Below, one piece after another: positions 24,384 to 34,679 of a stretch of DNA of 64,000 nucleotides. The DNA comes from Squalus acanthias (lineage: Eukaryota): contig CM059431.1 in the NCBI GenBank assembly GCA_030390025.1, forward strand, positions 96,040,001 through 96,104,000, given 5' to 3'. Positions within the stretch are counted from its first letter, which is position 1. Every line of letters starts with the position of its first letter. A program made the translations under genes and the position numbers. Below the pieces are notes generated by a model. That model made no database searches and had not been told where the DNA came from. It saw only the letters and a list, made by a program, of their open reading frames with translations.

Positions 24384-26726
24384 AAGATGATTCCAAACAG
24401 CCTTTGGTGATCAAAAAGTACTAACATGTTAGAAGGTAATATCTTCAGTGGGTGTGTGAGTGGACTTCACTTGAAAAGTAATCCTTTGACTATAAAGGGC
24501 TTTGGGGCATCCTGAGAACATGATAATAATCAAAACAAATGCAAGTTCCTTCTTTTATGAGTGTACATTTTTGGAGGCTCTGCACTAGTGCAGAGTCCTG
24601 ATTAACGTTGGTGCTGAGCCTGATTTGCAGTACTCCTGATTTTCAGTCTTAATGATCAGAAAAATCAGGAACCCCGTGAATCTAGCATGCTAAATTCTGC
24701 ACCTGAACTTCCAATCAATCAAGTGTCAGGAAAGGAGTCAGCGAGTCTCGGAATAATCTTACCCCACATCCCAGTAGCTATATTATGACCCATTTTCTCC
24801 TCACAGCCAGGTTTTTGATACTAGCAACAGTAATCTCTTCGCTAGCTACATATATACCTTTAATTACACGTCTAGTCACATTTCTTGCATTAGTATGAAA
24901 GCTTTTAAAATAATTTTCCTTTTCTCACCTTATTTCAATTGAAGCGCTTTATTATATTTGCATTCCTCGTTTTATCTTTTAACATAATTTACTTGAAGTC
25001 AGCAATTGCCAGCTATATTTACGAACTATACCCACTCCCTCCGTATCTAGTTCAAACAATTGATAAATTCTGTCCTTATGCTCTGAAACAGCACTGTTTG
25101 AGTCCCATCTGATTAATACAACTCATCTTTGCTGTGCAAGGTAAATCTATATGTGAAAACAATCCATTTATCACCTGAGTTAATTCCAGACATGCACATC
25201 ATTTTAGTAACCACACACTGAAGTCAAACCTTTTGCTCACTGTTCCCACGACCCCAGAAAACACTGGGTGCGACCCAACTATCACCATCTCTGCACCTTT
25301 TCAACAGCAATTCATACTTATATCACACCTTTAGCATGACAAAATGTCTCAAGAAGGTGCATAAGAGGGGGAGAGAATGAACAAGCAGGAGTTAGGAGAA
25401 GACATAGGGGAGGTGACCAAAGGCATGGGCAAAGAGGTGAGTTTTGAGGAGAGCTCTGAAAGTGTTGAGCAATCTTTTGAGGTGGAGGAGTTTAGGCAGA
25501 AAACCACAGCACACGGGGGAGTGATGGATTAAGGGTCTTCTTTGTTGATTGCAAATTAGAAAATCGGTCCTGTAATACAATTGCTTTGTTCCCTTGTTTA
25601 GACCTGGAAACAATTTCATAGAAATTGTCCCTTATATTTGTGAAATCTGAACTACTACTTTGTCTGGGAACATTGACATCAAAGGACATGGGGTCTGAAT
25701 TTGCGGTCGGAGGCTTCCCGCAGGCGAATGCCTCCAAACCGGAAGAAAAGTATGAAGCTACCTGATGGTCCCAGAGGTTCACAGACTCACGCTCCTGGGC
25801 CTCTAAACGTACGCACGCGTAAAGGCCCACGTATCCCTGGTTCGCAAGGGCCAGGCCAACCAATGAAAAAGGGGGATCCCCATTATGATATGGGGATTCC
25901 ATTTACGTACAGAATCCCCATAAGCATGAATAGGAATCCCCTAAAACACAATTACACACCAGTTAAAGAAAAATAAATTACATGTTCAAAATTAATTAAA
26001 ATACAATTAAATTAAACATTTAAAAAAATGTAATTTTTTGAAAAATAAATTTAAACATTTCAAAGGGGCTAAAAATAACCTATAACTAATTTTAAATGTT
26101 TTTATGTTTAAATAATTTTTTTTTAAATTATTTTAATATTTATTTAAACTTTTATGCTGGTAAAAGCAGGCCCTTGGCCTGCTTTTACCAGGCATAATAG
26201 TTTCATGTGCATTCGCTGGGCAGTAGTTGGGCAAACAGCCCAACTCTCCGCCAGACAATGTCCATTTCCTGGGGATGTGGTGGATCTGTGAAGCTGAAAC
26301 TTGATCGATCACAAGTTCCGGGTTTTCGCACATGCAGCACTCCCTCAGCACTGCATTGGAGTGTCAGCCTAGATTTTTGTGCTCACGTCTCTGGAGTGAG
26401 ACTTGAACCCACAATCTTCTGACCCAGAGGAGAGAGTGCTACACACTGACCATGGGTGACACATGGCGAGGAGGCGGTTTGGTCCTTTAAATATTTTAAT
26501 GAGGCTACGTGCCTTCATTTTAACAGTGATTCTAATATTAACCACAGGCGACTGGTTTCCCTGGCCTCGGGTAACCCGACAGGTGAAAGGAGGCAAGAAG
26601 GGCTAAATCCATAAGGTAAGTGCCTTTATAGAAACATAGAAACATAGAAGATAGGAGCAGGAGTAGGCCATTCGGCCCCTCGAGCCTGCTCCGCCATTCG
26701 ATGAGATCATGGCTGATCATCCAAAC

Positions 26727-29717
26727 TCAGTACCCTGTACCTGCCTTCTCCCCATATCCCTGGATACCTTTAGCTTTAAGAAATATATCTAACTCAACCT
26801 TGAATATATTTAATGACTTCGCCTCAACTACCTTCTGTGGTAGAGAATTCCACAGGTTCACCACTCTCTGGGTGAAGAAATTCTTCCTCATTTCTGTCCT
26901 AAATGGTTTACCCGTTATCCGTAGATTATGACCCCTGGTTCTGGACTCTCCAACCATCGGGAACATTCTTCCTGCATCTAGTTTGTCCAGACCTGTCAGA
27001 ATTTTATATGTTTCGATGAGATCCCCTCTCATTCTTCTATACTCCAGTGAGTACAAGCCCAATCGACCCAATCTCTCCTCATATGTCATTCCTGCCATTC
27101 CAGGTATCAGCCTTGTGAATCTTCGCTGAACTCCTTCCATGGCAAGAACATCCTTCCTCAGATAAGGCGACCAAAACTGCACACAGTACTCAAGGTGTGG
27201 TCTCACCAAGGCCCTGTACAACTGCAGCAGGACATCCCTGTTCCTATACTCAAACCCTTTCGCTATGAAGGCCAACATACCATTTGCCTTCTTCACCGCC
27301 TGCTGCACCTGCATGCTTACTTTCAGCGACTGGTGCACAAGGACACCCAGGTCTCGTTGCACTTCCCCTTCGCCAAATCTATTGCCATTCAGATAATAGT
27401 CTGCCTTTCTGTTTTTGACACCAAAGTTGATAACCTCGCACTTATCCACATTATATTGCATCTGCCACGCTTCTGCCCACTCACCCAACCTGTCCAGATC
27501 ATCCTGGAGTTTCTCGGTATCCTCCTCGCAGCACACACTCCCACCCAGCTTTGTGTCATCTGCAAACTTGGAGATATTACATTGAATTCCCTTATCTAGA
27601 TCATTAATGTATACTGTGAATAGCTGGGGTCCAAGGACCAATCCCTGCGGTACCCCACTAGTCACTGCTTGCCACTCGGAAAAAGACCCATTAATTCCTA
27701 CTCTCTGCTTTCTGTCCGCCAACCAGTTCTCTATCCAAGTCAATACCTTGCCCCCAATCCCATGTGCCTTAACTTTACCCGCTAATCTCTTATGCGGGAC
27801 CTTATCGAAAGCCTTTTGAAAGTCCAAATACACCACATCTACTGGTTCTCCCTTATCTATTTTCCCAGTTAAATCCTCCAAAAGTTCCAGTAGATTAGTC
27901 AAGCACGATTTTCCTTTTGTAAATCCATGTTGACTTTGTCCGATCCTGTCACTGTTTTTCAAATGCTCAGCTTTTACATCCTTTATAATGGACTCTAGCA
28001 TTTCCCCACTACCGATGTCAGGCTTACCGGTCTGTAATTCCCCGCTTTCTCTCTACCACCCTTTTTGAATAGTGGGGTAACATTAGCTACTCTCCAATCC
28101 ATGGGTACAGTTCCAGATTCCATCGAATGTTGGAAGATGATCAGCAATGCATCTACTATTTCTAGGGCCACTTCCTTAAGTACCCTAGGATGTAGATTAT
28201 CAGGCCCTGGGGATTTATTGGCCTTCAATACCGTCAATTTCCCTAACACCATTTTCCTGCAAATACTGATTTCTTTCAGTTCCTCCCTTTCATCAGACCG
28301 TATGTTCTCCAACATCTCTGGGAGCTTATTTGTGTCCTCCTTTGTGAAGACAGAACCAAAATGTGTGTTTAATTGGTCTGCCATTTCTTTGTTCCCCATT
28401 ATAACTTCCCCCGCTTCTGACTGCAAGGGACCTACACTTGATTTCACTAATCTTTTTCTCTTCACATATCTATAAAAGCTCTTAGTCAGTTTTTATGTTC
28501 CCAGCAAGCTTACTTTCATATTCTATTTTCCCCTTCTTAATTAATCCCTTTGTCCTCCTTTGTTGAATCCTAAACTGCTCCCAATCCTCAGGGCTACCGC
28601 TTTTTCTGGCCAATTTATATGCCCTCTCCTTGGATCTTATGCTATCCCTAATTTCCCTTGACAGCCACGGTTGAGTCACCCTTTTTGTTTTATTCTTATG
28701 CCACACAGGAATGTACAAATTCTGTAGTTCATCCATGCAGTCTTTGAATGTTTGCCATTGCCTATCCACAGTCAACTCCTTGAGTGACATTCCCCAATCA
28801 ATCCTACCCAATTCACGCCTCATACCATCGTAGTTTCCTTTATTTAAATTCAGGACCCTAGTCTCTGATTCAACTACTTCACTCTCCATCCTAATGAAGA
28901 ATTCTATCATATTATGATCACTCAGACCCAAGGGGCCTCTTACAACAAGATTGCCAATTAATCCTTTCTCGTTACATAATACCCAGTCTAAGATGGCCTG
29001 ATCTCTGGTTGGTTCCTCGACATATTGTTCCAGAAAACCATCTCGTAAACATTCTAGGAATTCCTCCTCCACAGTATTTTTACTAATTTGGTTAGCCCAA
29101 TCTATATGTAAATTAAAGTCACCCATGATGACTGCTGTGCCCTTACTGCATGCTTCTCTAATTTCCCTTTTAATGCCGTCCCCAAACTCCGTATTACTGT
29201 TTGGAGGTCTATATACCACTCCCACTAACGTTTTCTGCCCCTTGTTATTTCTCAGTTCGACCCATACAGATTCCGCATCATCAGAGCTAATATCCTTCCT
29301 TTCAATTGTGTTAATCCCCTCTTTAGCCAGCAATGCTACCCCACCTCCCTTTCTTTTTTGCCTATCTTTCCTAAATATTGAATAACCCTGGATGTTGAGT
29401 TCCCAGCCTTGGCCACCCTGGAGCCATGTTTCTGTAATCCCAATCAAATCGTATTCATTTACCTCTATTTGCGCAGCTAATTCATCCACCTTGTTCCGAA
29501 TGCTCCTTGCATTAAGACACAAAGCCTTCAGGCTTGTTTTTTTAACGCTCTCAGACCTATATGAATTATTATTTACTGTGACCATGTTTGATTTAAACCG
29601 TTGAGTTCGTTGCCTTCTACTTTTGTTTTTCTCCTTCCTGTCTTTTGCTTTTATCCTTGTTTCCCTTTCCTCTGTCTCCCTGCTCAGGTTCCCAACCCCC
29701 TGCCACTTTAGTTTGAA
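26727..29717 (-). pseudogene. CR1 ORF2 (APE endonuclease + reverse transcriptase) with two compensating frameshifts
   Basis: [25 protein letters not shown] (APE); QHGF, GVPQG, FADD (RT); breaks near 28480 and 28000. Confidence 0.93.
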
Positions 29718-30652
29718 CCCTCCCCAACAGCACTAGCAAACACTCCGCCTTGGACATCGGTCCCGGCCCTGCCCAGGTGCAGACCATCCCGTTTGTACTG
29801 GTCCCACCTCCCCCAGAACCAGTTCCAATGTCCAAGGAATTTGAATCCCTCCCCCTTGCACCATTCCTCTAGCCACATATTCATTTGAAATATCCTTCTA
29901 TTTCTACTCTGACTAGCACGTGGCACTGGTAGCAATCCTGAGATTACTACCTTTGAGGTCCTCTTTTTTAATTTACCTCCTAACTCCCTATATTCTGCTT
30001 TTAGGACCTCATCCCGTTTTTTACCTATATCGTTGATGCCTATGTGCACCACGACAACTGGCTGTTCGCCCTCCCCCTCCAAAGTGTTCTGCAGCCGCTC
30101 CGAGACGTCCTTGACCCTTGCACCAGGGAGGCAACACACCATCCTGGAGTCTCGATTGCGGCCGCAGAAACGCCTATCTATTCCCCTTACAATTGAGTCC
30201 TGTATCACTATAGCTCTTCCACACTTTTTCCTCCCAACCTGTGCAGCAGAGCCACCCATGGTGCCAGGAAGTTGGCTGCTGCCGCCTTCCCCTGATAAGT
30301 CACCCCCCCACACAGCATCCAAAGTGGTATATCTGTTTGAGAGGGGGATGGCCACAGGGGACCCCTGCACTACCTGCCTGCACCTCTTACTCTGCCTGGT
30401 GGTCACCCATTCACTTCCTGCCTGTACACCCTTTACCTGCGGTGTGACCAACTCGCTAAACGTGTTATTCACGACGTTCTCAGCGTCGCGAATGCTCCAA
30501 TATGCATCCATCCGCAGCTCCAGCGCCGCATTGCGGTCCGTCAGTAGCTGCATACATTTCCCACACACATGGTCGTCAGGGACACAGGAAGTGTCCCTGA
30601 TTTCCCACATATTGCAGGAGGAGCACACCACGGCGCCGAGCTCTCCTGACAT
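29708..30652 (-). CDS. CR1 ORF1: N-terminal Cys zinc finger, coiled coil, SGNH/GDSL esterase domain
   Basis: CSSC...CGKC; (G>Q)DSIVR block I, HIGIND block III, DGLH block V; open for 314 aa, but the GDS glycine is replaced by Gln. Confidence 0.85.
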   Translation of the reverse strand: MSGELGAVVCSSCNMWEIRDTSCVPDDHVCGKCMQLLTDRNAALELRMDAYWSIRDAENVVNNTFSELVTPQVKGVQAGSEWVTTRQSKRCRQVVQGSPVAIPLSNRYTTLDAVWGGDLSGEGGSSQLPGTMGGSAAQVGRKKCGRAIVIQDSIVRGIDRRFCGRNRDSRMVCCLPGARVKDVSERLQNTLEGEGEQPVVVVHIGINDIGKKRDEVLKAEYRELGGKLKKRTSKVVISGLLPVPRASQSRNRRIFQMNMWLEEWCKGEGFKFLGHWNWFWGRWDQYKRDGLHLGRAGTDVQGGVFASAVGEGSN

Positions 30653-30922
30653 GACTTACCCTTTAATTAATTAATTAAAATTAAACTAATTGAATCCCAC
30701 CAATTTCACTTCAATTAAATGATATACTCAAGGGCCCTTGCTTAACAGCAGTCCCCGCTACACCACAGAGACTCTAGAAACTATAAACCACAGAATTTAA
30801 GTATGGAAAAAAGGAGAAAAAGAGAAATACTCACCAACCAATCACTTACCTGCTTTCTGGTGACGTCACACTTTGATTATTTTCTACTTCTCTCTCTCCC
30901 ACTCTCGGGGCTCAGATTGGTA

Positions 30923-31368
30923 GCCTACCTGTTCACCACCGCCTTTTCTCAGCTCCGCCTCGCCGCAGCCGCTCCACCCAGGTCCGCAGCCTCTGTGGGC
31001 CTACCTGTTCACCACCGCCTTTTCTCAGCTCCGCCTCGCCGCAGCCGCTCCACCCAGGTCCGCAGCCTCTGTGGGCCTACCTGTTCACCACCGCCTTTTC
31101 TCAGCTCCGCCTCGCCGCAGCCGCTCCACCCAGGTCCGCAGCCTCTGTGGGCCTACCTGTTCACCACCGCCTTTTCTCAGCTCCGCCTCGCCGCAGCCGC
31201 TCCACCCAGGTCCGCAGCCTCTGTGGGCCTACCTGTTCACCACCGCCTTTTCTCAGCTCCGCCTCGCCGCAGCCGCTCCACCCAGGTCCGCAGCCTCTGT
31301 GGGCCTACCTGTTCACCACCGCCTTTTCTCAGCTCCGCCTCGCCGCAGCCGCTCCACCCAGGTCCGCA
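30923..31368 (-). repeat. Tandem array of a 76-bp GC-rich monomer (about 5.9 copies) at the CR1 5' end
   Basis: Copies start at 30923, 30999, 31075, 31151, 31227 and 31303 and appear identical. Confidence 0.97.
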
Positions 31369-31929
31369 CGCTTGTGGGCCAGGAGGAGCAGGAGTGTTTC
31401 CTCCAGGCCCAACAAGCTACCCAGTAAACACCCACCCCACCGCGATCTGTCTACTCCAAATGATCAAAAAGGCTAATGGAATGCTGGTCTTTATATCTAG
31501 AGGACTTGAATACAAGGGGGTAGAAGTTCTGCTGCAGCTGTACAAAGCCCTGATTAGACCACACCTGGAGCACTGTGAGCAGTTCTGGGCACCACACCGT
31601 AGGAAGGATATATTGGCGATCGGCAATCCCCCTGACCACCACACCTATCCCCCCCCCCCCCCCCACTACACCTACCTGCTCTGCCTAGCTCAGGTGCAGC
31701 CTTGTACTGCAGGATTTCCCACCCGACAAGCAGCCAACCTATCAATCAGGCTAGCTGTGGGTGGGAAAACTACAGAAAAAAATATATAAAGATGTCCTGC
31801 AGTTAAAAACCATACTTCCGGTTGTCCCGGCCTCAAAATAGCCCGCACTGCCCCCCCCCCCCCACCCCGCCTCAGAGCTAATATCCAGCCCATAGAATGT
31901 TCAGCAAAGAAACAGCTTCCCCTTAAATG

Positions 31930-33080
31930 CATCTATGCTATTCGCCTCAACTGCTCCATGTGGTAGCAAGTTCCACATTCTCACCATTCTCTGGATAAAG
32001 ATGTTTCTCCTGAATTCTTTATTGGATTTATTAGTGACTATTTCATATTTAGTTTTGGACTCCCCTACAAGTGGAAACATCTTCTCTTATGTCTACCCTA
32101 TCAAACCCTTCATAATCTGGAGACCTCTATTAGGTCACCCCTCAGTCTTCTCTTTTCTGGAGAAAATAGCCCCAGTCTCTTCAATCTTTGCTGAGTTATG
32201 ACCTCAGTTCTGGTATCATCCTTGTAAATCTTTTTTGCACTTTCTCCAGTGCCTCTATATCATTTTTGTAATATGGAGACCTGAACTGTACAAGGTACTC
32301 TATGTTTGGTCTAACCAAGGTCCTATACATGTTTAACAGTTCTATTCCTCTAGAAATGAACCCCAATGCTTTGTTTGCATTTTTATGGCCTTGTTAACTT
32401 GCGGTCACTTTTAATGATTTGTGAATCTGTACCACTAGATCCCTTTTTTCCTCTACTCCATTTAGACTCTTATTTTCCAAGGCGTATGTGACACCCTTAT
32501 TCCTCCTACCAAAATGCGCCACCTCACACTCTACATTGAAATTTACACACTCATTCTGCAAGTTTATTAGCATCTATTGTATTTTGTCGCAGTCTTCCTC
32601 AGCATTAACTATAACCCCCAACTGGGTGTAATCCACAAATTTTGCAATAGTACTTCAATTCTTGAGTCCAAATCATTTATGTAAATGGTGAACAGCAGTG
32701 GTCGTAGCACCGATCCCTGCGGAACAACACTTCCCACCTTCAGTTAGTCGGAGTAAATACCTTTAGCCCCTACTCTGTTTTGTAGCCAGCTTACTATCCA
32801 TTCTGATACTTGTCCCCCGTCTCCACATGCTCTGACCTTAGTCATGAGTCTACTATGCAGTACCTTATCACAGGTCTTTTGAAAATCCAAGTATATTGCA
32901 TCTACTACATTACACTTATCTACTCTTTTTGATACTTCATCAAAGATTTTGATAAGATTGGTCAAGCATCACCTTCCCTTTTGAAACTCGTGTTGACTAT
33001 TCATTATTATATTTTCGGTTTCTAGATATTTTTCTATTACATCTGTGAATAAAGATTCCATTATCTTTCCTACCATCGAC
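31930..33080 (-). mobile_element. Old degraded CR1 fragment
   Basis: QHEF.KG, YLDFQK..DKV.H, PQGSVL remnants on the minus strand. Confidence 0.75.
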
Positions 33081-33182
33081 ATTGATTCATAAAATATCCC
33101 CATTATCATCTGATGATCATTGTGCTTTACATGGCTCTTTGTAAATAAATGTTTTAGTTGCTTTATTCTGTAAACCTTTGGG

Positions 33183-33348
33183 CTACATGGGAATAATTTC
33201 AAGGAGATTTAGCTGTCTAGCAGGAGTCTCTGTTAAATCCCGTAATGTACTAGTTGATAGCGCCTCGGGCATGCACTCTATCAGGACAGAGCTTAGGAAA
33301 GAGGACAGCTTCTGGGTCCTAGGGATAAATGTCTGCTTATGGGAACAG
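33183..33348 (-). CDS. Candidate terminal coding exon of an unidentified host gene
   Basis: Strong acceptor TTTCTTTCAACTTCTAACAG|, 55 codons CSHKQTFIPRTQKLSSFLSSVLIECMPEALSTSTLRDLTETPARQLNLLEIIPM*, AATAAA 16 nt after the stop; not recognisably repeat-derived. No homology recognised. Confidence 0.4.
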
Positions 33349-34679
33349 CTGTTAGAAGTTGAAAGAAACATATTAATAAAAGTTTGAAATGGTAACACTT
33401 CTACAGAGCAGAAATGAGTGAATGATTCTAATCCATCTATTGCTCCCCATTAGTTTTTTTTTAAACTGTACAAAGGTCATGAATGTGGAGAGTTCTCTAA
33501 TTCAATTGGAATGGTTTAATACTATTACAACACATTCTATTTATATAGCTCCTTTTGCATAACAAAATGCCCTATAGGACTTTGACCACAGAAGCATTGG
33601 ACACCAAGTATGAAACAGGTGAAATATTTTGGGGAGTTTACCAAAACCAAGGCCAAATGATTAGTATTTCGGTGTGGAGATGTAGCAGGTTTTAGGAAGA
33701 GACCTAGCGACTGAATACTCTGAGGAAGGAAGTTGGGCCATAGACGAGAGTTGGAGCTGTGGGCTGGGGAGTAGAGTTGAAGAGATGGATGTGGCAAAAA
33801 GGGTCCTGAAAATGGGGGCAAGGAACATAATTTCAATTTGATTGTGGGGGGAGGAACAGGGACTAGGAGTTTGGAGAGGAGGGACATGGGAAATAGGTGT
33901 GTAGGACCTTGTGCAGGAAAGTAAACGAATTGTGGACTTCTACACAACTTGGTGTTTGAGTCAGATGGAGGTGCAGAAGCTGGAAGAAGTCAGAGACAAC
34001 AGAGCAGATGACCTCAATTTTGGAAAGAAAAAGGTTGATAATGCAGATTCTGATGGAGGGAGAGGGAGTTGGGAGGAGGTAGATTTTGACAAGAGAAGAG
34101 TTTGGGATCATTCTTGCCTTTCATATTGTCCTGCTTTTAGCTTTGTTGAGGAAAAGGAGATACCTCTTGAGATGGTCAAGTCAGATCAGAAAGTGAAAAA
34201 TGGTTGTAAGCCATGAAGTATGTGATCACTTCTGCAGTTCTCCAATTTGAAGTCACAAAGATATACCACAGGGATCAACAAAGGTGGCAACCAGGTAGGA
34301 ACAGATGCAAAGCAGTTGTTGAGCAGGTCAACAGAGGTGCTGGTGTCATGGTAGGTGGTGAACATGAGGAGAGGGTGTTTGGAGTTAGACAAGAGTGCGT
34401 GTGAGGCAGCGGTTCAAGATGAGGGTAGAAGGAGGTAGACAAGGGGGCGCAGATGGTGAAGGAAATGGGGAAAATGGTTGACTATAACACTAGAGGTAAA
34501 GAAGCCGCCCATGTGGTGCACAGTGACTCTGGAAATACTCCAAATCCTAACCTGCGCTCATCCACAGCGAAGCCCCACACCATCAATACAGTTTCACAAT
34601 TTTGTGGCTTATATTCTGAAATGCAACCAATAGGAGGGAAAATATAACCACACTCCAAGCATCCAAACAAATAAAACAT

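Larger units (their letters stand above)
26628..31368 (-). mobile_element. Full-length CR1 LINE (about 4.7 kb) with tandem-monomer 5' end
   Basis: 5' 76-bp array, 5' UTR, ORF1 29708-30652, ORF2 in three pieces, 3' stem region and (CTATGTTT)n tail. Confidence 0.95.

Noticed and set aside
30033..30674. 213-aa antisense ORF over CR1 ORF1
   Set aside because: Shadow of the sense ORF with no recognisable domain; similar shadows overlie all CR1 copies.
30923..31368. CRISPR-like array (also considered for 61674-62167)
   Set aside because: Head-to-tail repeats with no unique spacers, no cas genes, eukaryotic context.
30803..31789. 328-aa ORF and overlapping 118/109-aa ORFs
   Set aside because: Artefact of the stop-free 76-bp array read antisense, fused to a CR1 fragment.
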